A stretch of 64,000 nucleotides of DNA from Candidatus Nomurabacteria bacterium (GCA_029288775.1 JARIGQ010000004.1:3303-67302), one strand, 5' to 3'. Counted from the stretch's first letter, positions 40,001 through 45,251 are shown. Numbers and translations: made by a program. Notes: a model not told the origin generated them from the sequence alone.

Positions 40001-42591
40001 CAATCGGTACAAGTTCTCTTGCCACGACACCGTCATTCCTTACTATTTTTGGTTCATCGACACTTCAATCCACAAACCTCTTTACTCTTGCATCGTCTAC
40101 TGGAGCTTCACTCTTTACCGTGACATCTGCAGGAAACGTAGGGATTGGTACCACTACTCCAGGTTCACTTCTCTCGGTACAAGGTGATGGATACTTTGGG
40201 GGTAACCTTACTGCCACGGGTACCATTACTTCACTTTCTGCAGGAAATAACTACTTTGCAGGAAACGTAGGCATCGGTACAACCACTCCAGCTAGAGTAT
40301 TGGAAGTTTTTGGAACATTTAATGTCGGCACGTCTTCACTCAGTCAGATTTTTGCAGATACTTCATCTAGACAAGTAGGTATTAACGCGACATCATCTTC
40401 TCTTATTTCCAACTCAAGCCTTACGATAGGTGCAACATCTTCTCTTTCTACAGGTATCTCAATAACAGGCATTACTCAAGGTACCGGATTTTCAGCCGCT
40501 TCCATTACAAGTGGTACTGCCCTAACTGCAAGCAACTTATCTACTGGAACAGGATTCAATCTTCCGGCTTTGACCTCAGGAACAGGAATAAATATTGGTT
40601 CATCTAACAATATATCTACCGCAAAGGGCTTAACCTTTAGCACTGCAAGCGGTGGCATGACTACGGCTTCTGCTATTAACATTACTGGTTCAGCTGCGAT
40701 GAACGCTGATTACTCAGGAGCACTTATCAATCTCGACTCAGTACGTAGCGTGTCCGTTGCTTCCACACGTTTCCATTCAGGAAATATGATGAAAATTGCT
40801 CCACAATACGGAGTTAACGGTTCCGGTTCTGCAACGCTTCTAGTTTCTGGTACTACTACCATGATTACCCGTACACTTAGTAACGCTTCCACAGGAGCAA
40901 CTTCATCCCTTCAAATCACTGCACCACTTTTCTCTCTCGCCAATCTTTGGAGCGGAAATACAGGTACTACAACAGACTCAAGCGCACTCTTTGATCTTTA
41001 TCAAGGCTTCGCAACATCTACTGGTACGCTTCTCCGTGCAAATAGCTTGGGGTCAGGTGCTCTTGCAACATTTGTAGGTTCTGGTAACTTCGGTATCGGC
41101 ACCTCCACACCTACGGCTAAGCTCGATGTATACGGAACAGGTTCTGCTCAGCCATTCCGTGTCTCTTCATCAACTAGCGCATCTCTCTTCGAAGTAGAAT
41201 CAAATGGAAACGTGGGTATCGGTACTACAACGCCTGGTTCACTTCTCTCCGTAAATGGTGATGGATACTTCGGAGGTAACCTTACTGCAACTGGTACGCT
41301 TTCGATCCTTAACAACTCTTCATTTACCGGAGCTGTTAACGCCTCTTCTACATTTGCTGTAACAGGAAATGCAACATTTTATGGCGCGATCAACGTTTCC
41401 GGTTTAGCAACTTTTGCAAACGCTTCAACAACCAACCTTTCGGTTGCTGCAGCTAGCTACTTCGGTGGAAACACAAGCGTTATGGATCAGAATGGAAACC
41501 TCGGGTTAGGTACAACTACTCCTGGACTTGCGCTCGATATCTGGACTGCGACAACTTCAACGATTGACATGCTTCGCATCGGAAGCGGAAATGGTATTGC
41601 GTTCCGTGTAGATTCTGCTGGCAATATTTTCTCAAATGGTGCAACGACAATCGGTGCTCCTGCTGACGTTGCGGAAAGTTATCCTGCACTTGAAGCTGTG
41701 GATGCGGGTACGGTGGTTGCATTTGGAACATCTACCGTCGCTTGGAGTTCGACTCGTGGAAGCGCGACATCGACCGCATCTTCATCGGATGTATACCAAA
41801 TCTCAGGCATCAAGAAGGCTCGTGATCAGTTCGAGGCAATCGGAATCGTGTCTACTCGCCCAGGACTTCACATTGGTGCGGATGTACAAAATGGCGTACC
41901 GGTAGCACTTGCTGGACGTGTACCGGTAAAGGTTACGGATGAAAACGGCGCGGTCAAGGCTGGAGATTTCCTTACCGTATCTCTTACTCGCCCCGGATAC
42001 GCTATGAAGCTTACTGGCGAAGGAAAGTCTATCGGACGTGCTATCTCAGACTACGTTCCAGGAAATGACAAAGTAATCGCGTATGTGGAGAATGGTTACC
42101 AGAAGGTTGATATGAATGGCAAGTCTGCTACGACGACAAACATGCTCACAACTGGAAACGTAGACCTTAATGCAAATGGCGTTGCGATCTACAACATCAA
42201 GAGCCTCGCGTCTGCATCCGGTGCATGGTCAATTTCTGAAGACGGTCGCATCATTGCAAAGGTAATCTGTCTTGAGGATGTATGTATCAATAAGGATCAG
42301 CTTACGAAGATCTTGAACTCCACAGGACAGACGGGAATGGTTGCAGGAACTAGTACTACAAGTAGCCCAGTAGATACAGTAAATACAATAGGCAATGGGA
42401 CGAGTACGGATGCGGTAAGTACAGTAGATACAGGCAACACTGAAACTACTGCATCTACTTCTCCTACTGCGTCCACTGGTTCTACTGGGTCGACTGCATC
42501 TACTGAAACCACTGGACCTACTGGGTCTGCTGAAACTACTGCACCCTCCGCTCCGGTATCGGTAGCGCCAAGTGACACTCAGACCCCATAA
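19096..42591 (+). CDS. Giant (~7,830 aa) membrane-anchored or secreted fibre/adhesin-like repeat protein
   Basis: Single open frame. N-terminal hydrophobic segment; short collagen-like GVPGTPGRDGKDG; N-x-T-rich stalk; about 65-70 G[NA]VGIGTxxP motifs and about 23 SVQGxxYFGGNxTATGT cassettes (counted by eye); NTAxG beta-roll repeats near 31250-31800; C-terminal ADVAE...GRVPVKV..ENG...GD.L...PGYAMK domain. Confidence 0.9.
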   Translation: MSKLSNSGFRKVLSRVANHIALFVFSGLIFASSTAFAFAALSYSAPRQPFASFKFAHTFSLSELSPQAVASKVFALSYTLPSVAQNVASLSRPLVASIPTDLGSGVTLADTLPVLALSLPVIPAGIPQAIAHEIATISLPQISLNIPALAVRPIDEHAVVLSGTEDRSIGVAGTGLTLVGGITPEDVVPHVLTSTTFTLSALSSKFATFTPPHASLALLPVTSKQGMVLGVSTTNTALAQTKKTLPLIDKLSLALYCSFTKNNVDRTRCNYDAIADGSIPVSTASSVAATTPAAIPATPSNLFTSNDQGVASPTFITKYITQYVGVPGTPGRDGKDGVNGVTSTVNGILPPAGLGSYIIPSYSSPSTAIGISTIGYLKDTTIENPTITQGTAVNLSLTTPILNSPTLKDAVFTGLSLFTSPASFTSTVAINSLTATSSVITNASTTNAYIANLFVDAATSTNSYVSQLVAASSTLSDAVITNSTTTNAYIANLVAASSTLTDLIATNAAFTNSTTTNAFISSLALVNGSTTNSTTTNSYITNLFTHNATTTNAIITNSTTTNAYITSLAAASTTIDDLVTTRATSTALFANLLSAIDTFITNLTATNLTATNATVANATTTNSTTTNAYVANLSTDNATTTNAYVTNLTASSTTIGDLITTRATSTAFFSTLLSAIDTFITNLTAINLNATNATIANATTTNSTTTNAYIENLSVGTSSATSLTIGGDLSVGGTSTFATTSSTYAAIDTASTTNLSGTNFWSTLATIISATITNLIATNATTTNATSTNFYASNGVIDNATTTNLFTQTLSVGNGYIQGDQSVQGSFNVAGTSTLGSNVFLNGNVVIGTSSNELLTVNSLINSDVTPAQNKVYDLGTPSFYWRTLYADSINVNSISAASTTISGTSNNSFTINSDNNTNDLEDSQLVFYRGLVTPNAILRWNSALSRLEANQSFKIQNETPSVGTTTLTVQAGAGQGTTNLFELLDNSGSKLAMFNSQGWLGIGTSSPVAALDVNGPIKSGGDVKNVLNINDKGSGNLQSTLRILTNIPYADGLQALDAITITGYDWRNSKPLSLRLVFYIFGGNFIQYGASSQGGLAPRISLGNVNGKVAILLDRSSGGGGGDWAFSTLSVDVMNNNNLWTQSDLSGWSYDYGNLSGASNVVALSYSSQLGNASTTGLTATNIFSTTLAVTGTSTFGTNGSNVGIGTTSPQATLEVAGAAAGLTVNRTHVQCGASIGLVNNSNVSNSWSFKNSDSPCTPGTLGNLYFIQNSTEKMVLTSGGVLGIGSTTPSLKLTVQGAAYIGGNIVATGTLSLGTSTLFTTSAGNVGIGTSTPLAKFAIVDSNQTSTSSSGAVGMANANLSIFTNQFGQDFGGSVGFGGYQGSSGQQTLFGQISGRKENASDPNARGYLAFSTLGTGAGVAYPFAERVRISSDGSLVINSNGYDATSTKLLIVKGSASQAVNLQEWQNSFGTALSVVDASGNLGLGTSTPGSKLSVQGSAYIGGNFTATGTLTTLGTGSSSIAGALGVGIASPSYFLDVVPPSGTAVDLFRVASSTSPGGALVVKNNGSVGIGTTTPLNTLVVSGPALGGITIDRGNSNSPNLTFSSNGTTILSQIRGVIGGGMAFTSSSLTEWGHFDASGNFGIGTSSPASPLHVYSNSSNAYIITDTSGTNNTGVQFRRDNTIKWQLFSDSLDNFGIFDGTNKIATIQRGAPANSLFVLANGNVGVGTSTPGSKLSVQGDSYLAGNVTATGTLTVLTSGTSRIGSVSRYVTMFDNGSGQVELAFNGSDANASRISTDNNDLWIRPATGVIGIAAGTTSPRLKIGSISSGWGMQTTLAAPMNFESLSVDINTNPFVFNRVGAWGGNPNVKLFKVQDAGNDVFSVGGVLNAINGLTVGPSATSGMVSLTAVGLDTNIPFAINAKGSGSINIGGTSTGNIVLATGGGSVAIGTSSPSSQLEVSGGAASSYLTLSTNSGVQATGIKLVASGTTTNWIIGSQGGAVTNLQFVSGAGNSLTLDSTANMVFSNTNNHSISIAQNSATNIPGKQLTVSAGNAALGLATNFDGGTLVLAAGQSTGTGTGKIQFQTSPAGSSGTATNTLITAMTILGGGNVGIGTSTPGSLFSVQGNSYIGGNETATGTLTVLGTGNSSFAGNVGIGTTTPGNPLVITASGVTSSLFSIASSTGANLVQLASDGVTGSSLFNASTGENRFNINPNGQYVRVSGAGVYGWSPSTNAGVSADTGLSRISAGVVAVGNGTTGSAAGTLVAGAIGIGTTTPSAKLMIDGTIANTNSGQGLVISATNGTTVGPRLAIFPNGNASAAIQTLVNGALNFLSSAGNVNMTIADATGNVGIGTSTPGSRLSVQGDSYFGGNLTATGTITSLSAGNSYFAGNIGIGTSSPTHALTFASTSSGIAFYNTSDQTTNYERFVEAWNPSNNTFNLFQSFGGSAANRSVRLGIAGGAGATAPDSYLDVVSNGTFNFRSANPAATTYTTLGLGALQNASSYNQTTVAITPTINQSGTGSYTALLINPTETGVGSGNNYLINAQVGGSTRMVLTNTGNLGIGTTTPLSKFVIDSGSAVIRGTNNNLQVVDNGTGRSFVFGVAGTSGGFFNNATIGDSILRASTGNKMMLGIDNGTGNAAPVLTISGTNVGIGTTTPGRYLTIQAVAGSSAGFDLADPNTNQVWSFINGTTGSPVGAGNFAIYDTTNQATRMVVSNAGNVGVGTTTPGSLLSVQGNGYFGGNLTATGTLSVLGSATSTFAGAVGIGTTTPSYNLSVVGNTYTSGSINFGGAGNNNLGVLSQVGTNDTYLSNHLHTQFGLWVRSTDTNRVKGMDQSSGNSSNLGLYVNFGEKMTIDTNGNVGIGTTTPGSKLSVQGDAYIGGNVTATGTFAIGTSTLFTNTAGQVGIGTTNPSYRLDVRTTGAATGLAIWDGSNGSIFGRFGITRVGATANTFSFINYPSYAFDATTTISSGNFGIGTTTPGSKLAVQGDGYFGGNLTATGTITALGGFTNFGSTTLTDASSTNLTATNFWSTLANLVTANITNASTTNLSATGATFGDASITNTLTVASNTSLATTTISGYLGVGTTSPSQLLTVGNNNQFTVSSTGTVAISSAGQLSFTGGSIWPIITRNTATGGLILNTQNAVTSSNSLLSIRTNGGSDAFTLLADGRLGLGTSTPASKLTIISPDNSQGTSIVAAYANNLTQGTSLRYDGLYAIGSNSSVDVRLVPQGVGRVLIPNGNVGIGTSTPLSVLHIEGTNSSAGGITLTSSAGNVNRFQIFPLGSISTAFKNMGGGDTQFQNSAGTAQLSIQTSTGNVGIGTTTPGSLLSVQGDSYFGGNVTATGTLSVLGSATSTFAGAVGIGTTTPQWKLSVEDPTSAFITLNNSTGNAGTFAGVRFQIAGKDRYTAALNAGGDQIYSRFNASGAYQNDVLALKSTGDVAFNTNQLYVTNATGNVGIGTSTPGTNLVVGNSGAFTVNSSGQVTTGSTLTMAGSNNAITAYNGIGGSGIFGLSRQNDVANASLQIAAYGGIGFTVNSAGGSITPASTSSSMFIATSGNVGIGTTTPTKSLSVINSSLGGDQLLLGSTGTANPAFLQMGVADTGSNTTVDLSAINNASQNAYVRLFRQTNTIGSKVFQILKGDGTANADTQITVAGTTFFNLGGGNVGVGSSSPVGRLAVTGSGLSNGIAFQITDASNTPRFTLQDNGTTTFGQLATNTNAILLSSQNGTLSEVYDNSDMRWSLDSNGSVRYGLSAGGTSQLGTLRLGSGGSVSPSSYSYITGGGAGQAQLNFFVGSTSSPSITLTNSGKVGVGTTSPVDPFHVIGNGRFMTSGSSEYLTVGTYDSNNAYLRYATFNVSRFVTGVDASDGKYKIGTGNDFSATKFAIDTNGNVGIGTTSPISVLHIVASNATISLQSTTTNGFSGQNMYDSNGNLAASFQYGNSAASVFPNAMFLGTRIANAPVIFISGGSASGGSTNERMRIDSNGNVGIGTSTPSYPLDVSGFINTDKNSGYKMDGLTVLYSTSTQQSVFVGQGAGAGIVSSAATTSVLRNTAMGYLALNLATSTGSNTAFGARTLSNVQSGAQSFNGTANTAVGAGSGFSVTTGFGNSSFGESSGGAVTTGAANTSLGYRAGNNITTGSNNVAVGGFTTAVGALFSNQTGSNNVAVGAAALAGTTSVSISSNTAVGHLAGFNMQGNNNTLLGYQAGYDMSTGSQNIVVGYYPTTNVGITTGSNNILIGQDLRTGLSQTGSNQLNIGNLIFATGLGSGSTLSTGNVGIGTSTPGQKLDVVGNIRLTGTGSNSIEFYDSTNAANGPQVLSSITGINTVNHGSGALQFFTAMNNTLTEAMRIDRTGNIGMGTTSPGSKLSVQGDGYFGGNLTATGTLNVLGTGSSTFASDLTVNGDNGRIYGNYLFTDPGSAGSTTLRLGTQGVARLLLSSADATFTGNIIPNGDNTKTLGTLAARFNGLNIGTGNSTFAGNVGIGTTTPNQKLVISGTSLSATQPEISLYNTGSGGIGWSLISTDNNNSALGGKFAILPTGGSSVVAPFIISGNNVGIGTSTPGSKLSVNGDSYLAGNVTATGTLNVLGTGTSTFVGALGVGVANPNAVFHVSSPTSTSNVVARIDNTSGSYGWLFQNAGGTTSRIALYGMDNTGAQTLRLDPAAASYFNGGNVGIGTTTPGSLLSVQGNGYFGGNVAATGTLAIGTSTLYTTAQGNVGIGTTTPLSTLYVEGSSPVLTVSSTGGRQITIAPATGAIDSVNSALHFNRFSSQAVSIGFSSASHLRVGQAPENSFGNTALLYIGNTETGTPGFVLDKAPGQTSDILQVRSATTTTGDIFTIKSNGNVGIGTTTPSQLLTVGNNNQFTVTSAGAVNIPSGNLYALTMTTGAIANNNSNTYANLVFGNAGLTASRNVADSNPSLIVNQANASSTGDILDLQAAGITKVAFAQNGNVGIGTTSPLYALEVASSSAFGVPSATQAPILIRGGASGTAMLTFTRTVGATAQYSWALAGGGLSFSDDLNGGVTTNVFGDNNINQLYIGQRSRITDTSGKPSLLAGQSYSNLAGSDINAGLFTIRGGLGNGAGTPGDITFETGNVLATGSTPQSATRRMTILANSGNVGIGTTTPGSLLSVQGNGYFGGNFTATGTITSLGTATSSFVGALGVGTSTQSYKFAVMGTNGIGVDTESAGGSAVGLVSINNATIRLNTANFVQLEGTQGTRFTNNGASVEYGRITSAGLGIGTTTPGSKLSVQGDSYLAGNVTATGTLNMLGTSSSTIAGALSIGTTSAPAALLDVGGNTRIGLNTISFLGTATISSQGQININSGSTRDIQLNTNTGNFSVLGNGNSNNFTVLGSNGNVGIGTSSPSYKLEVNGAANIRVATDQNMRFGSNSNGAFLATYLDTQASFNTIQLYGSTILLNPNAGGNVGIGTTTPLGSKLAVQGDGYFGGNLTATGTLTVLSSALFGGNVLPNVTNTYDLGSASARWNNLFVNNFTASSSVADYFTAASTTATSTFNGNVVIGSGSFAYDASSTQTTISNLAIGNLAFDQDAGQVSWVDLPISGATATGTIMSYTSQLGGNNMLTVYGEHDGQGGIQNPRFGFGTTTPTSYFHIAATGTNPFFTVGTSTNQGLFTILSNGYVGLGTSTPSSNLYIQGSDVTPNLTVASSSGATQFTVLANGNVGIGTSTPGSKFSVTGDSYFGGNVYATGTLTSVGAITSSTATASSSIAGGLKIASGGLGSLQNGLTVGNTTGLNHTVDIGATGMATLRLSDSGGRSITFGSNRNSYDAISGTAAFVGVQDGGSLLLRATQGTSNHVILQPGATGTVYAIGQSFAVVPNPSATYSALFNVGTGSSTQQLVAVATTTNAGIFNILANGAVGIGTTTPTTPLTVVGNSSFFPSTNGVVTIASASWNANAPLKMGQIGSSGAIQFARASDGNGVASIGYASGTNSTDFRIGSNGGFGTINFDVAGVNSVMTLDSNSRVGIGTTSPGSLFSVQGNGYFGGNITATGTITSLATGTSTLNGNLSLAYQTGIFTTSNGTSTLLQVTRSDGTQPGLFRTNGWRDFTVSGAFGVGYDLATTTGSAGAGNLLVSGNIGIGTTSPAAALHLTGSSNMALRIQSSGVNGYAELKNASVNGSPSQLNVSSDNNDDTQPAFTINAFRTTGGVVGNLNAAKSLLSVAASGTSVFDIKQSGNVGIGTSTPQSALEITGANKKLTFSLATTTTTFSQIYNDGNNLNIWSQSNSGSLINFQVNAQTLSLAPNLFGASNYWGFDGQTVTGRDFGIRSGAGMIFTTNTRNFASPALYLASSSAIALIGVGTSSPSATLFVQGSASSTLNPFAVASSSGTNLFTINPSGNVAIGMTPVSAGLVINGIDNGAGGSPTGAGGLRVYRPNSGSQYISLDYSDGSQGYLTANGDKGFNLVNYGSSTGNNIRIVNNYANASVSNGIFVSTSNNVGIGTTTPGSLFSVQGNAYVGGNVTATGTLTTLGTATSSVMGSLVIGTSTMTSVAGQLDVFASAAGVGSYIRGNNPSNSNNLVLGIANGFNIAPTAMTGFYNDSGNNVGLRFLDTNGAVSRAKIGTNSDTYFAVGLGNVGIGTSTPGSKFSVTGDSYFGGNITATGTLNVFNNIRISGSGNGLYFPDGTFMGTAAGTSTGITSPTDLALAADNDTDGSGVLTFSTFGLERMRVLNNGSIGIGTTSPAGLLGVNGDGYFGGNLTATGTLFSSNIDTDANNATLRLKTQGITRLTIDNSNTQFNNNAIPNVDNTRSLGSLSARWNSLNIGTGTSTFAGAVGIGTTTPAEALEVANGNIQIGFNQFLKGRSASGASFNLIGVNSSGNTTVGNLNHLIFIASGAERARIDGPTGNFGIGTTSPGSLLSVQGNGYFGGNLTATGTITGASTITASGQITSGNIGFQTIGNGNGTWFGRQLTITGGTYIVSAANGTTFNSATTSFNGAVAIGTSSLATTPSFLTIFGSSTLQSTNLFTLASSTGASLFTVTSAGNVGIGTTTPGSLLSVQGDGYFGGNLTATGTITSLSAGNNYFAGNVGIGTTTPARVLEVFGTFNVGTSSLSQIFADTSSRQVGINATSSSLISNSSLTIGATSSLSTGISITGITQGTGFSAASITSGTALTASNLSTGTGFNLPALTSGTGINIGSSNNISTAKGLTFSTASGGMTTASAINITGSAAMNADYSGALINLDSVRSVSVASTRFHSGNMMKIAPQYGVNGSGSATLLVSGTTTMITRTLSNASTGATSSLQITAPLFSLANLWSGNTGTTTDSSALFDLYQGFATSTGTLLRANSLGSGALATFVGSGNFGIGTSTPTAKLDVYGTGSAQPFRVSSSTSASLFEVESNGNVGIGTTTPGSLLSVNGDGYFGGNLTATGTLSILNNSSFTGAVNASSTFAVTGNATFYGAINVSGLATFANASTTNLSVAAASYFGGNTSVMDQNGNLGLGTTTPGLALDIWTATTSTIDMLRIGSGNGIAFRVDSAGNIFSNGATTIGAPADVAESYPALEAVDAGTVVAFGTSTVAWSSTRGSATSTASSSDVYQISGIKKARDQFEAIGIVSTRPGLHIGADVQNGVPVALAGRVPVKVTDENGAVKAGDFLTVSLTRPGYAMKLTGEGKSIGRAISDYVPGNDKVIAYVENGYQKVDMNGKSATTTNMLTTGNVDLNANGVAIYNIKSLASASGAWSISEDGRIIAKVICLEDVCINKDQLTKILNSTGQTGMVAGTSTTSSPVDTVNTIGNGTSTDAVSTVDTGNTETTASTSPTASTGSTGSTASTETTGPTGSAETTAPSAPVSVAPSDTQTP
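20831..21230 (+). repeat. 240-bp-period internal duplication in the N-x-T stalk
   Basis: TAACCACTCGCGCAACATCAACCGC occurs at both 20831 and 21071; both copies encode TTRATSTA...LLSAIDTFITNLTA...NATTTNSTTTNAY. Confidence 0.85.
42361..42545. repeat. CAGTA/TACTG 9-bp repeat array (copy A), inside the giant ORF
   Basis: AGTAGCCCAGTAGATACAGTAAATAC... followed by ...CACTGAAACTACTGCATCTACT...TACTGAAACCACTGGACCTACTGGG. Confidence 0.7.
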
Positions 42592-42621
42592 TAGGAGGAG
42601 GGGAGAGGGGATAGCGGAAAC

Positions 42622-42710
42622 GGTAATTTCAGTACATTACAGTACAATACAGTAATCAGTGGATGTGATAGAAGATAGTAACAAGTACATGCAGTAAATA
42701 CAGTGAATGC
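42622..42710 (+). repeat. CAGTA 9-bp repeat array (copy B, forward arm only)
   Basis: GTAATTTCAGTACATTACAGTACAATACAGTAATCAGT...AGTACATGCAGTAAATACAGTG. Confidence 0.8.
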
Positions 42711-42729
42711 TAGGCGCAGGAAATATAAC

Positions 42730-45051
42730 ATGAAAGAAAATATGAAAAATAGAATAAGTAAGAACGTAGCAGCGATAAAAAGGCAAAGCCTTTTTATCGC
42801 TGTATTACTGATCGCCCTTTTCTGTAGTACTGTATGGACTAAAATCACTATATCAACTGTATTTACTGTACCCACTGCGTCTGCTGCCATTGTTCCCGTT
42901 CAGCCCTCCAATCAGGGTCTTGTTGGATATTGGAAGTTTGATGAAGGGGAAACGGCAACAGCAAAGGATTATTCCGGCAATCGTCTCAATGGAACTTTAA
43001 ATAATTTTTCCAGTACACCCTCTACCACAAGCGGATGGCAGACAAAGGGGAAAATAAATGGAAGTATTGCGTTGGATGGTGTGGATGATTATGTGCATAT
43101 TGGTACCCCGTCCGCTTTAAATATTACAGGAGATCTAACTCTTTCTGCTTGGGTAAATCCGCGAGCTTACACAAGTAATCCGTGTGGAGGAACTGCTCAA
43201 TTTCCGGTCTTTGGAAGAATCACTAATAGTAGATCTCCCTATGTTTTATCTATTGCCGCTAATTCTATCCTTTTTGGTAATAACCTTACTTCGGGAGGAG
43301 ATGTAAATAATTGGCAATATTTGATCCCCTCAACTTCGAATCCTGTTAATAAATGGGTACATGTAGCAGCGGTACGCTCTGGTACTACAATGATGGTTTA
43401 TAAAAATGGAGTTTTATTAGCTACTTCTACTCTTTTAGGTCCTAGTGTAAACACCTCATGGTCCGGGATACGTTTTGGGTTTGATGGATGTGGGAATTAT
43501 TACGCATCTGGATCCTTGGATGAATTATATATTTACAATCGAGCCTTATCTTCTTCTGAAATTGCTTATCTTGCAAAAAATGCCCCAACGTCAATTGGTG
43601 CTACGGCCACTTCCACTGCTTCATCGCTTACAAATGGCTTACAGCTCTACTACTCTTTTGATGGGAAAAATACTACGCCTACTTCTATTCCAGATATGTC
43701 TGGCAATGGGAATACAGGGACCGGATCATCAAGTACTGCCTTTGCTACCGCAGGGTCACTTAGTACGGGGAAAATAGGGCAAGGGGTTTTACTTACTTCT
43801 ACAACCACTGGTGCCTCGTATGTTCAGTATATTGATACAGGTTCCTCGACTTTTAACATTACGAATAAACTTACCATTTCTGCCTGGATTAAACCTAACG
43901 CAGCAGGGATCAAGACAAACACCATTCTTTCAAATGCCCGCGACTGCGGTGGTTGTGGCACATATAAAGGATTTAATTTCGGTAGCACTGCCGCCTATAA
44001 TGGTCTTAGTTTTTCCTATTTCGATTCTAATTCTTCGGGTCCGTTTGGTCTTACTGTGAGTAATTACTTTCCTCCAATTAATACGTGGACACATTTGGTA
44101 GTAACATTTAATAACAAAGTCACTAAAATTTATGCTAATGGAGTTTTAATTTCAAGTGGTACTATCGGAGGTACAGGTACAATAGGTACTCCTTTTAGTT
44201 TTGACAGTTTTGTTGGACGATATGGTTTTAGTCCAGGGTTCGGTTCTTCAAATGCTGTGTATGATGAGGTGCGTCTTTATAACCGAGATTTAAGTGTGAG
44301 TGAAATACAGCAGCTCTATAAGCTTGGGCAAGTGAAGCTTGCAAGCTCGGACCCCATATCTGCTCAATCAGGCACCGCTTCAGGACTCGTTGCTCATTTT
44401 ACTTTTGATGGCAAGAATATGACTTCAACATCTACTCTCGATAGTTCTGGTGGAGGAAATACCGGAACCTTAAACGGATCACCTCGTACAGATATTGGAA
44501 AAATTGGACAGGGATTAAGGTTTAATGGGAATGGTCAGTATGTTTCTCTTCCGAACTCCTCTCTTGAGCTTTCTGTACCGCTTTCATTTTCTGTATGGAT
44601 TAAACCAGTTCTACCTTCCTCTGCCGCAGGTTTAATTACTACCGATAAATCAGGAAGTAGTGTTCACTCAGGAGCTTGGATTGATTTACAAAGCAACGGA
44701 GCGCTAGGTCTAAACTACGGAAATAATACTATATGCGGCCCGACGGGTAGAAGATCATTTGCTACAGGTGGAGGGGTTATACAATCAAATAAATGGTACC
44801 ACGTTGTGGGGATTATACGTGGTCCAGTGGATATGAGTATTTATGTAAATGGAGTAAATATAAGCGGGTCATATAGCGGATCTGGTACCAATATTGTTTA
44901 TAGATCCGATTCAGGTCCTAGAATTGGAAGGGAAGATAATTGTTTAGCGAATTATTGGGACTATAGTGGATTAATGGATGATGTCCGTATCTATAATAAG
45001 GCACTTTCTGCTGCAGAAGTTCAACAGCTCTATAAATTAGGAGGAAAGTAG
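42730..45051 (+). CDS. Secreted or anchored protein with three LamG (concanavalin-A-like) domains
   Basis: Signal/TM segment, then three repeats of GLV.[YH][WYF].FD...D.SGN...GKI...T.SAW[VI].P...W.H[VL]...Y.NG...D[ED][LV].[IL]YN.ALS..E. More AT-rich than its neighbours. Confidence 0.9.
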   Translation: MKENMKNRISKNVAAIKRQSLFIAVLLIALFCSTVWTKITISTVFTVPTASAAIVPVQPSNQGLVGYWKFDEGETATAKDYSGNRLNGTLNNFSSTPSTTSGWQTKGKINGSIALDGVDDYVHIGTPSALNITGDLTLSAWVNPRAYTSNPCGGTAQFPVFGRITNSRSPYVLSIAANSILFGNNLTSGGDVNNWQYLIPSTSNPVNKWVHVAAVRSGTTMMVYKNGVLLATSTLLGPSVNTSWSGIRFGFDGCGNYYASGSLDELYIYNRALSSSEIAYLAKNAPTSIGATATSTASSLTNGLQLYYSFDGKNTTPTSIPDMSGNGNTGTGSSSTAFATAGSLSTGKIGQGVLLTSTTTGASYVQYIDTGSSTFNITNKLTISAWIKPNAAGIKTNTILSNARDCGGCGTYKGFNFGSTAAYNGLSFSYFDSNSSGPFGLTVSNYFPPINTWTHLVVTFNNKVTKIYANGVLISSGTIGGTGTIGTPFSFDSFVGRYGFSPGFGSSNAVYDEVRLYNRDLSVSEIQQLYKLGQVKLASSDPISAQSGTASGLVAHFTFDGKNMTSTSTLDSSGGGNTGTLNGSPRTDIGKIGQGLRFNGNGQYVSLPNSSLELSVPLSFSVWIKPVLPSSAAGLITTDKSGSSVHSGAWIDLQSNGALGLNYGNNTICGPTGRRSFATGGGVIQSNKWYHVVGIIRGPVDMSIYVNGVNISGSYSGSGTNIVYRSDSGPRIGREDNCLANYWDYSGLMDDVRIYNKALSAAEVQQLYKLGGK

Positions 45052-45054
45052 GAG

Positions 45055-45201
45055 CAGTGGAGATGGCAGGTTTCGGTAAAATACAGTGACTCAGTAAGTT
45101 GCAGCAGGTAAGTAATTTCAGTAAATACAGTAATGCGAGAGTGATTACTTGTTTACTGACACTACTGCGTACACTGGGCTACTGTGCCGCTGAAATTACT
45201 T
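45055..45201. repeat. CAGTA/TACTG palindromic array (copy C)
   Basis: Forward arm ...AAGTAATTTCAGTAAATACAGTAAT, loop GCGAGAGTG, reverse arm ATTACTTGTTTACTGACACTACTGCGTACACTGGGCTACTG...GCTGAAATTACTT. Confidence 0.85.
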
Positions 45202-45251
45202 GAATTTTCGCTCTTGCTAAAAAGTGTAGAATAAGGTAAAATAAGTGCATT

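Noticed and set aside
19184-42578. Many antisense or alternate-frame ORFs within the giant gene (e.g. 20220-21323 minus)
   Set aside because: Shadows of repetitive Thr/Gly/Asn codons; no independent motifs.
19096-45051. Prophage tail region
   Set aside because: Fibre-like motifs only. No capsid, terminase, portal or integrase genes; flanked by housekeeping genes; the protein has an N-terminal membrane segment.
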